A DNA stretch of 64,000 bases from positions 46,996,001 through 47,060,000 of the forward strand of contig OX597836.1 in assembly GCA_951406725.2 (NCBI GenBank), given 5' to 3'. Source of the stretch: Octopus vulgaris. Its lineage: Eukaryota. The notes beneath the pieces are model-generated. The model was given only the letters and a program-made list of their open reading frames with translations, did not search any database and was not told where the DNA came from. Shown here piece after piece: positions 15,158-27,039 of this stretch (its first letter is position 1; every line of letters begins with the position of its first letter). Made by a program: the position numbers and the translations under genes.

Positions 15158-15560
15158 GGGAAGCTTTATGAAATTAAACAAAAGACGAAGGCAGGTGGAA
15201 CACAAACAAACAATTGTATTAGTATGGCGCTCAGAGATATAAATAAAACAAGTCTTTTACGTTTCGAGCCTACGCTCTTCAACAGAAAGATACACAGAAA
15301 AGAAACACAGAAAGAAACAAGGAGAGAGAAAAAGTGCGTGCGGGGGCTAGCGAATCAATATATATATATATAGGGAGAGTTTACGAAAAAAACAAAAGAC
15401 GTAGACAGGTGGTGTACAAAACAAACAGATGTATTAGTATAACGCTCAGGAATAGAAAAAAGTCTTTTACGTTTCGAGTCTACGCTCTTCGACAGAAAGG
15501 GACACAGAAAAAACAAGGAGCGAAAAAGTGAGTGTAGTGGCTAACGATCTATCATGGCGA
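15157..15560 (-). mobile_element. Two tandem ~200-bp PLE-end/retrozyme-like units separated by (TA)n, each with a minimal hammerhead-like motif (15253-15290, 15464-15499)
   Basis: RC of unit 1: tcttt-CUGUUGA-a gagc(gtag)gctc-GAAA-c-GUA-aaaga; unit 2 has CUGUCGA; related unit at 41654-41850. Confidence 0.65.
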
Positions 15561-15713
15561 CTATATATATATATATGTATGTTTGTATGTATGTACGTAT
15601 GCATGTATGTATGTATGTATGTATGTATGTATGCATATATGTATGCATGTATGTATGTATGTATGTATGCATATATGTATGTATGTATTTGTGTGTGTAT
15701 GCATGTATGTATG

Positions 15714-15820
15714 TGAAGGCGCGTGGCTTAGTGGTTAGGGGCATTCGGCTCACGATTGTTAGGTCGTGAGTTCGATTCCCGGCAACGCGTTGTGTCCTTG
15801 AGCAAGACACTTTATTTCAA
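15714..15820 (+). mobile_element. tRNA-derived SINE 5' head
   Basis: tggcttagtggtt (A box)..gagttcgattccc (B box)..gttgtgtccttgagcaagacactt. Confidence 0.7.
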
Positions 15821-16439
15821 GTTATTTCCGTAAGTGAAACGTTCATAGTTGTGCTAATTCTCCTTGGGAACAATTCTTGGTGGTTGAGACCATTGCGGAT
15901 CTATTTTTAGCACAAGAGCGACCTCATAGTGGACACTCTCTTATATATATATTCCTTAATGGAATATATGTGCCGGTCCGTCGCAGGATTACTCATGTTT
16001 TACCAGCTGAGGGGACTGGAGCAACGGGAAATTTAGAATATATAGCATACATATATATAAACCTTATATATACTCCTAAAATAAATGAAGTTCTTTGCAT
16101 GAAGAGAAAGACAATTTGAGGGATAAAATAATTTAAAGACTAAAACAATAATCTTCCCGTGGAATCATACAATATCTGGAAGCATACAATTTAAGAAAAG
16201 GTGAATAATAAAATTACTGTATTTACACCTTAAAAGATAATTTCTAAGACAAAGATTACATTGGAAAGCACCGAGAAAGTATTGTACAAATGATTTGTAT
16301 TAAAGCTGTCAGGAAGTGTAGCCGTTTTGTGCCGATGCTTATTGCTTAAACGTCTTTTAAGGAGCAAATGAACATTGGATGAGAGGACGCATTTAATTAT
16401 GAAATGCTAAAGAATTTCAAGATTCGTCACGATATTGGT

Positions 16440-16825
16440 GGAAGCACTCCGTCGGTTACGACGACGAAGGTTCCGGTTGATCCGAATCAACGGAACAGCC
16501 TGCTCGTGAAATTAACGTGTAAGTGGCTGAGCACTCCACAGACACGTGTACCCTTAACGTAGTTCTCGGGGATATTCAGTGTGACACAGAGAGTGACAAG
16601 GCCGGCCCCTTGAAATACAGGTACAACAGAAACAGGAAGTAAGAGTGAGAGAAAGTTGTGGTGAAAGAGTACAGCAGGGATCACCACCATCCCCTGCCGG
16701 AGCCTTGTGGAGCTTTTTTAGGTGTTTTCGCTCAATAAACACTCACAACGCCCGGTCTGGGAATCGAAACCGCGATCCTATGACCGCGAGTCCGCTGCCC
16801 TAACCACTGGGCCATTGCGCCTCCA
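16440..16825 (-). mobile_element. Full-length OR1-like tRNA-derived SINE with 12-bp TSD
   Basis: TSD cacgatattggt at 16428-16439 and 16826-16837; near-identical to 60166-60552; 5' fragment at 19463-19626. Confidence 0.9.
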
Positions 16826-17435
16826 CACGATATTGGTAGGAATTATTAGATAGCCAGTCGTCTCATACACAGTGCAGCATTAAAAAGGTATATGGTCACC
16901 GACTATGATCTAACAGCCGACCAAATTTATATAAATTGTAAAACAGAAATTCATGGAAACTGTTTTCTCACAAAACCTTGAATGGAAACCAGGAACGAAA
17001 TAAGCTTAGTAAGGTAAGATTAACCGGATTAACGTGTGTCAGTGTTTCAGTTCAGCATAAAATTAAGTTTTTGGTCATTGGCAAATTCCTTGAACGACAT
17101 TATTTACTTTCCTACCACATATAAAACCGAAAAGAGCATTTGGATGGACAAATACATATGATATTTCGCGATGGTTCACTTATGATTTTATTCCATCAAT
17201 TCCCCGGAAGTTAAGGGAATTGTGGGAAGCATATAAATACAAAGCGTCAGCTAGGCATGGCTGTGTACTAAGAAGTTTTCTTCCTAACCATATAGTTCCG
17301 GGTTCAGTCTCACTGTGTGGCACTTTGGGCGATTGTCTTCTAGTACAGCCGCGGGCCGACCAAAGACTTGTGAGTGGATTTTTGTTAGACGGAAACTGAA
17401 AGAAACCGCTCTCATATATGTGTGTGTATATTTAT

Positions 17436-17468
<33 letters not shown>

Positions 17469-18264
17469 GACAACTGGTGCTGGTGTTTACGTCTCAGTAA
17501 CTTAGAAGTTCGGCAAAAAAAACCGATGGATTGAGTACCAAAATAAAATATTACTGGGATCAATTAGTTCGGTTACAGTCCTTCGACGCTGTGCTCCAGC
17601 ATGGTCGTAGTCTAATGAGTGAAACCAGTAAAAGGTAAGAGGCAAAAGGTTCTTCTCAACAGCTGTAGCAACCCACCCTTCCCCCGCATCAGTAAAACAA
17701 GTGTCGAGTTGCAGGAATATTCAGGCAAGCTTCTTGCCAACAAACGTAACATTCATAGGTCAAGGGGCCAACTCGAAACTTTAAATGTTGTCATAAAATT
17801 GGATTGATGACGAAAATACCGAGCAACAATGTCAACCATAGAAACTTTCAATGCTGTGTTTATAATCGACAATGTTATCATTTACACTTGTGGAATGCTG
17901 TTAAACTTGGAATATTTTAAGAGCGGGATGAAAGGTAAATGTTTGCAGATTTAGAGTGTGATGAAGGCAAAAGTTTAGAAGGATTCTATATCTACTAAAA
18001 AAAGAAAAACGGTGTCTGATGTACGAGAACTGATGAGACCTTTCGAATTATTTCTAGAAATCAATTCCCTGTACAAGCTGAATGCTGTTTGTGCAGAAGA
18101 TTGGATACACAGTGGAGACGATAATAGAAATACAGAGACTTTCATTCAAAGCACAATATTTCTACCGAAGACAAGAGAATTATTCAAAAGAATCGAATAA
18201 AGAAGACAACAAATTAGAAGAAGGGATATCTTGGCAGAGTGTTGTAAAGCACTTTGGAACGATT

Positions 18265-18511
18265 ATGTATGTATGTATGTATGTATGTATGTATGTATGT
18301 ATGTATGTATGTATGTATGTGTGTGTGAATGTATGTGTGTGTGAATGTATGTGTGTGTGAATGTATGTGTGTGTGAATGTATGTATGTGTGAATGTATGT
18401 ATGTATGTGTGTATATGTATGTATGTGTGTGTATGTATGTGTGTATATATATGTATGTATGTGTGTATGTATGTATGTATGTATGTGTGTATATGTATGT
18501 ATGTATGTGTG

Positions 18512-18543
<32 letters not shown>

Positions 18544-18945
18544 TGAATGTATGTATGTATGTATGTGTGTATGTATGTATGTATGTATGTATGTATGTAT
18601 GTATGTATGTATGTATGTATGTGTGAATGTATGTATGTGTGTGTGTATGTGTGTGTGTGTGTATGTGTGTATGTATGTGTGTATGTATGTATGTATGTAT
18701 GTATGTGTGTATGTATGTGTGTATGTATGTGTGTATGTATGTGTGTATGTATGTGTGTATGTATGTGTGTATGTATGTGGGTATGTATGTGTGAACGTAT
18801 GTATGTATGTATGTGTGAACGTATGTATGTATGTATGTGTGAACGTATGTATGTATGTGTGTGTATGTATGTATGTATGTATGTATGTATTATGTATCTA
18901 TGTATGTATGTGTGAATGTATGTATGTATGTATGTATGTATTATG
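18265..18945. repeat. (TATG)n/(TG)n microsatellite
   Basis: Direct reading. Confidence 0.97.
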
Positions 18946-19168
18946 TAAATATATACTCTTTTACTTGTTTCAGTCATTTGACTGCGGCCATGCTGGAGCA
19001 CCGCCTTTATTTGAGGAAATCGTCCCCATAGCTTATTCTTTGTAAGCCTAGTACTTATTCTATCCGTCTCTTTTGCCGAACCGCTAAATTACGGGGACAT
19101 GAACACACCAGCATCGGTTGTCAAGCGATGTTGTGGGGACAGACACAAACATATACATACACACACAT

Positions 19169-19219
<51 letters not shown>

Positions 19220-19689
19220 CGACGGGCTTCTTTCTGTTTCCGTCTACCAAATCCACTCACAAGGCTTTGGTCGGCCCGAGGCTATAGTAGAAGACACTTG
19301 CCCAAGGTGCCACGCAGTGGGACTGAACCCGGAATCATGTGGTTGGTAAGCAAGCTACTTACCGCACAGCCACACCTGGGGCTATATATTTTTTTTTTTT
19401 TTTTTTTTTTTTGTACTTGTTTCAGTCATTTGACTGCGGCCATGCTGGAGCACCGCCTTTAGAGTGGTGAAAGAGTACAGCAGGGATCACCACCTCCTGC
19501 CGGAGCCTCGTGGAGCTTTTAGGTGTTTTTTTCGCTCAATAAACACACACAACGCCCGGTCTGGGAATCGAAACCGCGATCCTCCGACCGCAAGTCCGCT
19601 GCCCTAACCACTAGGCCATTGCGCCTATAATAACAAAATAATAAATAAAACATATGCATATATACATACATATATGTATGTACCTACAT

Positions 19690-19891
19690 CTATATGTATA
19701 TATACATGCATATATGGGTACAGGACACCAAAAAAAAAAAAAAAACGTTGAACACAATGAGAAACGAAAAGATAAAAACAGAACCATGGAAACGGACATT
19801 TTTTTTAAACAACGTAAAAACAGGGTACAAGACATACAATACAAGGAAAATTCCCCTTCTTCAGCCGCCTCCGTTTCGTCTACTCCGTGTT

Positions 19892-19895
<4 letters not shown>
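19690..19895. repeat. Interspersed repeat in TA context; longer copy at ~49830-50470
   Basis: Shared catatatgggtacaggaca..aacgttgaacacaatgagaaacgaaaa..aaggaaaattccccttcttcag. Confidence 0.75.
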
Positions 19896-19973
<78 letters not shown>

Positions 19974-19974
19974 G

Positions 19975-20720
19975 GATGAGGGCTAAATGACTGCCCAGAA
20001 GACGACCAGAGTGGAAAAGAAGTGTCTGAAAGCTTAAAGATCCTCTGAATGGACAAAGATTTCGAGACATATTACTTGAAGTTTTTGACGAAAAAGAGGA
20101 GGATGTAGTATCATATAACATGGAGGACAACTGGAGGTTCCTACGGGACAACCTAATGGGGGCTAATGACCAGATCTGTAGCTGGTGCAAAGTCCCCTCT
20201 CGTCCTTAGGTGACATGGTGGTGGAACAATGTAGTTTACAGGACCACTAGGGAAAAGAAACAGGCATGGAAGGACTAGAAGTGTAGTGGTAGCAAGGAAA
20301 CGTATCAGATAGCTAGACGGGAAGCTAGGGGACATGTTTACTTAGAGGGGAAGCAGATAAGAAGAAATTTATTAATGTTCTGCGTCGTGAGGACCAGAGA
20401 CTTGAAGTGTTTCGCATTACAAGACAGTGTGTGAAAGAAAATCGCGATGTCATAGGAGAGAAATGTGTCCGCGCGGATGATGGCTCACTTGCATTTAATG
20501 ATGCTGCAAAGAGAGAGGGACTTAGCGACGTCACTAAATTAAGAGAATGAATGGGAGAAAGAGAGTTTGCCAAACATCGACATAACAGAGGGACCAGCTA
20601 TCCGAATTAAAAGTACCTTGGTAGATAAAGCAATTAAGGGTTTGAATACAGGGAAATCCCCCGGCCCATCAGGAATCACTGTTAAGACGCTTAAAATATC
20701 TGGTGGTGTAGGCTATAGTC
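19975..20720 (+). mobile_element. Decayed RTE-like LINE fragment (endonuclease-RT linker)
   Basis: Translates to EWKRSV*KLKDP..WWWN..VDKAIKGLNTGKSPGPSGIT..LKISG. Confidence 0.75.
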
Positions 20721-20744
20721 TACGAGTGAAATTGTTACCGTTGC

Positions 20745-21120
20745 AGGTAAAAAACACCATTCGAGAGGGGCCGATGCCAGTGCCGCCTGAATGGCATACG
20801 TGTCGTTGGCACATAAAAAGCAAAATTCGATCGTGGCTGATGCCAATTGCTGCCTGACTGGCACCCGTGCTGGTGGCACGTAAAAGCCACCATTCGAGCA
20901 TAGTGCCGTCTGACTGACTCCCGTGTCGGTGGCACGTAAAAAGCACCCACTATACTCTCAGAATGGTTGGCGTTAGGGAGGGCATCCAGCTATAGAAACC
21001 TTGCCGAATAAGATTGGAGCTTGGTGCAACCGCCCATCTTGCCAGTTCTCAGTCAACCCGTCCAACCCATGCCAGAAACGAAAGCGGACGTTAAACGACG
21101 ACGACGATGATGATGATGAT
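20745..21120 (+). mobile_element. SINE/RTE-related 3' segment with internal ~60-bp repeats and a (GAT)n tail
   Basis: Three tggcac(g/a)taaaa..gc units, ggttggcgttagggagggcatccagc motif, ends gacgacgatgatgatgatgat. Confidence 0.65.
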
Positions 21121-21149
21121 GTATACATACATATATTACACACACATAT

Positions 21150-21650
21150 ATATCAGATAAAAGAGTTGGAATCAAAGAACCTAGCGGAATTCACGGTAAA
21201 CATTCCAGCGCCCAACCTCAGATTCGTTGTTCCAGAGGAGGTGACGGTAACATCGCTCCAGCCAGACATGTTCGTATAAATCCAGAAGCGCAAAAGCAAT
21301 AACTGTGGTTGAACTCCCAATGCCCTGGGAGGACTGATTTGACATTTCGCACCAGCTGAAGAAAACCTGATATCAGTATTCGATCGATGAGGCGCATGTG
21401 AAGAGATGGTACGCGGCCTCATTCCTTTTTTCAAGTAAGCTGTCGTGGTTTTCCACCAGGATAGGTGCGCTATCTACTGCATAAACATTGTTCGGAATAC
21501 AAACGACTGAAAAAAGGCATCGCAGCTAAAGCCAGCTCAAGTGGCTTTGGTTGACAAGAGACCGCAGATGGAAACTCCGTAGGCGAAGGCTAAATGAGTT
21601 CGAGCAACCCCTATTCAGGAAAGCTTATAGGCTAAGGAACGAGGAGGCGA
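21150..21650 (+). mobile_element. 3' fragment of a restriction-like-endonuclease non-LTR element (HERO/NeSL-like)
   Basis: With frameshifts: VTSLQPDMF..AITVVELPMPWED..HQLKK..QVSCRGF, the PD..E-x-x-PW..GCRG RLE pattern. Confidence 0.75.
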
Positions 21651-23410
21651 TATATACATACATCCTTTATATTATAGGCACAAGACCTGAAATTATGGAG
21701 GAGAAGGCTAGACGATTTCATCAATCCCAGTACTCAACTGGTATTTATTTCATCGACCCCGAAAGGATGAAAGACAAAGTCGACCTCCGCAGGATTTGAA
21801 CTCAGAATGTAGAGAGATTAAATACTGCTTAAATTAGTTCCCGGTGTTCTTACGATTCTAACACCTCGCAGCTTTTCTTTCTTTCTTTCTTTCTCTCACA
21901 CACACACATACACACACACACACACAGATTCTAATTTTTGGTCTGCATTATATTTATATTTATATTTTGCCTTAAATTATTTTTAATTTTAATCCATTCC
22001 TTATTTAATAGATATTCGAGTGTATACACGCACATTTGTGTATGTATTCAATTTTAGCACCAACACTTAAACGAATACTTCACATAACAACATGAGTTAG
22101 CACCCAAGTCTGACATTTTACCTGTTACAGAGCAGGTGTTTTACTTCTTACGCTCCACTCAAGGCTTATTGTAAGAGATTTATGCACCTGAAGATTGAAT
22201 TGCGAATGTATGATTTAAGATCATGAAACAATACGTAGTGATCGCTTGAATTTTCATTATAATAAACTAGCAGGAAGACCACACGCCGGGCGGTTTTCTG
22301 CTAGCCCCTTGATAATATTTTCACATTTGATTCCCAATTCTAATAATTTTGATATTTTACGTCTAATTATTTCGTTGTATAATAGTGCTCACTTGCTTAG
22401 TAATCGCATTGCTTTCATTATTTTATCACATCACAGTCATAATCTCTCTTTTTTAAACAAACATCATAGTAGTCCAACAATAGAGGAAGAAGCAGTTTGT
22501 TAAGTTTCACCTTCCCCTCAAAGCAACATAGAGATTTCAATTCAGCTGCCCTTGTGTAAGCTTTGCAGTGTGTATGCAAGAGAGAGTGGGGAGAGAGTGC
22601 ATTGCAAACAATGAATGAAATAAACATGAAATGAAAAAATCGTATAAATGAAAGGTGTTTTCGCCCCCGACTTTGTTGGCTCATGACATCCAGAAAAATG
22701 GATATTTTTTAACAAAATTTTCTACAAATACGGCTTAGATATTATGGCCTCAGAGTATACAAGGATTTATGAGAAAAAAGTTTTCCGAGGGGGTGGAGAG
22801 AGGAGTTTTGGAAAATTTACTGACTTTTCACCTCATAACTTTCAGGAATATGGATATCATTTAATGAAAATGTATACAAATCCCTTTCAAACGGCATAGA
22901 TTACGATTACAAAGAAATTTGTGGGGAAGTTTTTTTCAGAGATTTTCCTCATTTTTTCTAAACCACAGCCTTCTAAATGATGGGGTGGTGGGGACATCTT
23001 TGTATGAAAAAGTTTTGTAAACTTTTTTTTACACCCCTTCCCTCATCATCCCACGCCGGACCTATTTTGCCCAATTTTTTTTACACTTCAAAACCATGGG
23101 AAGAGCATTTTCGATAACAAAATTTTGTTAATATTTTTAGAGGGAAGAGTGATTTAAGGGCGATTGGGCTGTTGCTTCTAGCATATCCAAAGACAACCCT
23201 CCTCGTTTCTTTATCACTCTTGCATGTATTGATGTTTTTCAATATTTCTTCCCCATAAATACATTTATTTGCTACCAAAAAAGCATATTTGAGAAAATAT
23301 GAATTTTTTGCAACCCCAATCCCTGCCCCGATTGTTTCTGTTTAGAAATTAAAATATTTGAGAGCCTGAGAAGGTCATTGCTGGTATTTATCCACAGTGA
23401 TTTAAAAAAA

Positions 23411-23820
23411 TTACGGAGATGTACTCGCATAGCAAGTGACTTGTTCCGAGATCATGTGCTGAAACAAAAACAATCGCAGCGTAGAGCTTGTAAGCCTCTC
23501 AAGAACACTCAGAAACCGTTAGTTTTACGGTACCACTTAAATACAGAGGTCCCGATGCATCTGCGTAACGATATGAAGGGGGGAGGGTTAGTTTTAGAGT
23601 TAAGGTCAGGGCTAGTTGTAGGGATAGATAGGGTTAGGGTGTCATTATACGTCCACACGGCGTACATTTAAAATGTTTTGTACATAACACCTGTATTTAA
23701 TTAGTACCAGTTACCCATCGACATTAAATTTCATGTGACAAAATATTTTCTTCGCTTTGAAACCGCGACCTGTTCACTGACAAAACTTCGCAAAAGTAAT
23801 GCAGCACGAAGTCAGTGAAC

Positions 23821-23821
<1 letters not shown>
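23411..23821 (-). mobile_element. Second, more diverged copy of the 7363-7689 PLE-end family, interrupted by a MITE
   Basis: ttacggagatgtactcgcatagcaagtga.. matches RC of 7620-7690; retains the GUGAACA core within 23735-23784. Confidence 0.8.
23529..23708. mobile_element. Small MITE with GG-starting TIRs and a degenerate TTAGGG-like interior
   Basis: TIRs ggtaccacttaaatacag / ctgtatttaattagtacc. Confidence 0.7.
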
Positions 23822-23854
<33 letters not shown>

Positions 23855-24343
23855 TTCATTGTTTTTCATTTGTGTGTAAGTGTATCTATGTGTGTGCGCG
23901 AGTGTGTCACTGTTGAAGTTGCTCGTTCTACTTGTTTGTGTATATACTGGTCTAACCGTACAGAGTGTGAATAAGGTGCAAGTTTCGAGTACTTGACGGT
24001 AACTTTTTTCTCTTCGTCTTCCAATAGTAATGACCCAACTTTCTAAGCTCTTCTCACAACGATCCCGCGATCAAAAATTATACGTGTATTTAAAAAATTT
24101 TCATTCAATAAATAGAATAATTTTTATTCAATAAATAGAATAATAAATAATAAATTACGAATACATCAATAGAATAAACTGTCTGTTTTCCATATAGCAA
24201 ATGAAAACTTAAAAGAGAAAGTGAGAGACTTTGCAAATGAGAATGAAATACTCCGCAGTGAACGCAATGAGTATTTAAATTTGCGAGAAATTGGAATTAA
24301 AAACATTCAAGAAACTTCACAAATCGAAATTATAGGAAATTTC

Positions 24344-24756
24344 GGATCTTTTCGGTTTGAACGGCAGTTTTTTAAAATAATTTCCACGTAACTAAACACT
24401 TTTAAACTTCGTATACTGGTAGAATGTGTTTATAAAACATCTTTTTCTCTTGGCTTTATTGAGAAAATTCTATAGTTTGTAAGATATTTGTTGTTTTTTT
24501 TCTTCAATTTCTGCAATTTCAACCAATCAATTACGTCTATTGAGGTAAAAAAACATTCTGTGCCGTATGAATATGTCCCTCGTTTAAGAAACAGATTGGG
24601 TTTATTTACATTTCTGAAGAAAAAAAGATACCCTTCCTCCAACCCCTAACCCTAAAACAGATTGAAATGCAATAGATCGATACTAGGGTCATAATTATGG
24701 GTGACAATTTCATATGACACCGCTAGAAAAAACTGCCGTTCAAACCGAAATGATCC
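24344..24756. mobile_element. Merlin-like MITE with 8-bp TSD
   Basis: ~30-bp TIRs ggatcttttcggtttgaacggcagtttttt; TSD gaaatttc at 24336-24343 and 24757-24764; GG termini with an 8-bp TSD suggest Merlin. Confidence 0.8.
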
Positions 24757-25260
24757 GAAATTTCTTAGAACATGAATTTATAAAAAATATTTCCAGGCGA
24801 CCAAACCATTAATAATTGCTTTCTTTAGTACTTTTAGTAATTGTGAGATATCTAATTAATAAGAAGCTCTCTCCATTATAATATAGATAAGTATATATAC
24901 ATACCTCTTATCTATTATTTGTTTCAGTCATCAGACTGTGGCCACGCTGGAGCGCCGCCTTGATGAGCATTCACTGGAATGAATTGACCCTAGGGCTTAT
25001 TTTTTAAAAGCCTGGCGTTTATTCTATCGGTTTCTTACTGCCGAACCGCTATTACGGGGACGTGAACCAACCAACAATGGTGGGGACTAACACAGACACA
25101 AAGACATACACACCACACTTGTAATATATACGACGGGCCGCTTTCACTTTCCGTGTACCAAATCCATTCACAAGGGTTACCCAAGGTACCATGCAGTGGG
25201 ATTGAATCCAGAACCACGTAGTTGGGAAAAAACATGTTATCATACTGACGCGCCTGCGCC

Positions 25261-25296
<36 letters not shown>

Positions 25297-25340
25297 CATA
25301 TATATGCATACATATACGTATGCATGTATGTATGTATCTC

Positions 25341-25402
<62 letters not shown>

Positions 25403-25527
25403 TACATATATAGCATATAGCTTAACTTTGATTTAATTTTGATTTTCGAATATCTATCGGCTATTTATCATATATTTTCTAGAGAGATTGCTCAAGAGTT
25501 GTTCAAGATAGAAAAGATGTGACTTAC

Positions 25528-25725
25528 TTTGATGCCCGAGAGACCTTGAAATTGTATTCACTTGGGTGAAGAGACATGTTGATAAGTTCAACACAAAATT
25601 CTTGGATGAGCGCATCTTTGGCCTGAATACTTTTTTGGTTGTTCTGAATGCCTCGAGTAAACATATTCATCGGAGTTGGAAAATCCTCGAAAGAATAAAG
25701 TTCAGCAACAACTTCTTCATTTTTC
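25528..25725 (-). CDS. Probable internal coding exon (198 nt, phase 2-2) of an unidentified host gene
   Basis: RC: ttttttcAG | G-KNEEVVAELYSFEDFPTPMNMFTRGIQNNQKSIQAKDALIQEFCVELINMSLHPSEYNFKVSRAS-AA | GTAAGT; consensus splice sites and an open frame. Confidence 0.7.
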
Positions 25726-25978
25726 CTGAAAAAATATTGAGAAATATATATATATATATATCAGAAATATGAAATTTCTAAATATCTCATAGAGATATGT
25801 ACGGTGGTGGGGCGATAGAGTGGTTGTATACTGTCAACTTAACGTGACAGTAAGGGAATTACACCACCGCTGTTTAGCCCTAGGAAGCATCGACGCTTCC
25901 TGTCGGCTTCGACACATTTCCTGTGTCCTTATATATTTACGAAGGGGAGATAAATACCCCCAACAGCTAGGCCTGCAT

Positions 25979-26023
25979 CTAGAGACACGCATGTTTCAGG
26001 GTCTTTGCCCATCATCGGTCTAG
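25979..26023 (-). ncRNA. Type I hammerhead (U4C variant, GUC site)
   Basis: RC: ctaga-CCGAUGA-t ggg(caaaga)ccc t-GAAA-catgcgt-GUC-tctag. Confidence 0.75.
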
Positions 26024-26172
26024 AGTAGCAGAGGCCTGCTAGCTGAAGATATCTGTCTAGACTTCGTAAATATATATATATATATATATTTTCAGTGAAA
26101 TTTATTCGCTGATCACCAAAGTATATTTACGAAGTCTAGACAGATATCTTCAGCTAGCAGGCCTCTGCTACT

Positions 26173-26217
26173 CTAGACCGATGATGGGCAAAGACCCTGA
26201 AACATGCGTGTCTCTAG
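26173..26217 (+). ncRNA. Type I hammerhead (U4C variant, GUC site)
   Basis: ctaga-CCGATGA-tgggcaaagaccct-GAAA-catgcgt-GTC-tctag. Confidence 0.75.
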
Positions 26218-26429
26218 ATGCAGGCCTAGCTGTTGGGGGTATTTGTCTCCCCTTCGTAAATATATAAGGACACAGGAAATGTGTCGAGGCCGACAGGAAG
26301 CGTCGATGCTTCCTAGGGCTAAGCAGCGGTGGTGTAATCCCCTACTGTCACGTTAAGTTGACAGTATACAACCATTCTATCGCCCCACCACCGTACATAT
26401 CTCTATGAGAGATTTAGAAATTTCATATT

Positions 26430-26489
<60 letters not shown>

Positions 26490-26941
26490 CTAAAATCATT
26501 GAACAAACAAATGCAAGGTCATCCGCATATCATTTCATAATTCGAACATTTAATTATAGAATAAACATATAACCCACAAGATGGAACAAAATTCATCTGT
26601 ATAGTACATAATAATAATAATATGGTGCGAGAAAAAGTCTTATCATTAAAAATTTAGATTTAATATTTTAGCGATTCAAAGAAAATACATTTATAAAAGG
26701 ACGTAGAAAGTAAAATATAATATAAGTAATATATAAAAAAAATATATAGGTATATAAAAATATAGGTATATAAAAATATATAAAACATATATATATATAT
26801 ATACATATAGGCGCATATAAAAAATATATAATATATATCATGTAAATAAAGTAAAATAAGGTTCATCGTTTAGACATTTTATTAAATAAATAATTCAGGT
26901 AAAATAAGCCTTATAGTTGAGAAGGAAATCATGTTTACTTA

Positions 26942-27018
26942 TCCCTATGGCCATTTCAGGGGTGTATTATGTTTAAAGCACTAGGGTGCATTCAGATAAT
27001 ACCTCCTTCGTCAGGGGA
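26942..27018 (-). ncRNA. Type I hammerhead (AUA site, long stem II) heading a TA-flanked cassette ~26490-27020
   Basis: RC: tccc-CUGACGA-agg..gtattat..ataatac..cct-GAAA-tggcc-AUA-ggga; palindromic stem III atggccat. Confidence 0.8.
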
Positions 27019-27039
27019 AAATATATATATATATATAAA

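Larger units (their letters stand above)
25761..26434. mobile_element. Fold-back PLE-end cassette in (TA)n with ~313-bp arms
   Basis: Arms 25761-26074 and 26122-26434, near-identical, ~47-nt spacer; a hammerhead in each arm. Confidence 0.9.

Noticed and set aside
18028-18056. agaa-CTGATGA..GAAT..ttct hammerhead-like string
   Set aside because: Lacks the GAAA/UH stem III pairing; not in a cassette context.
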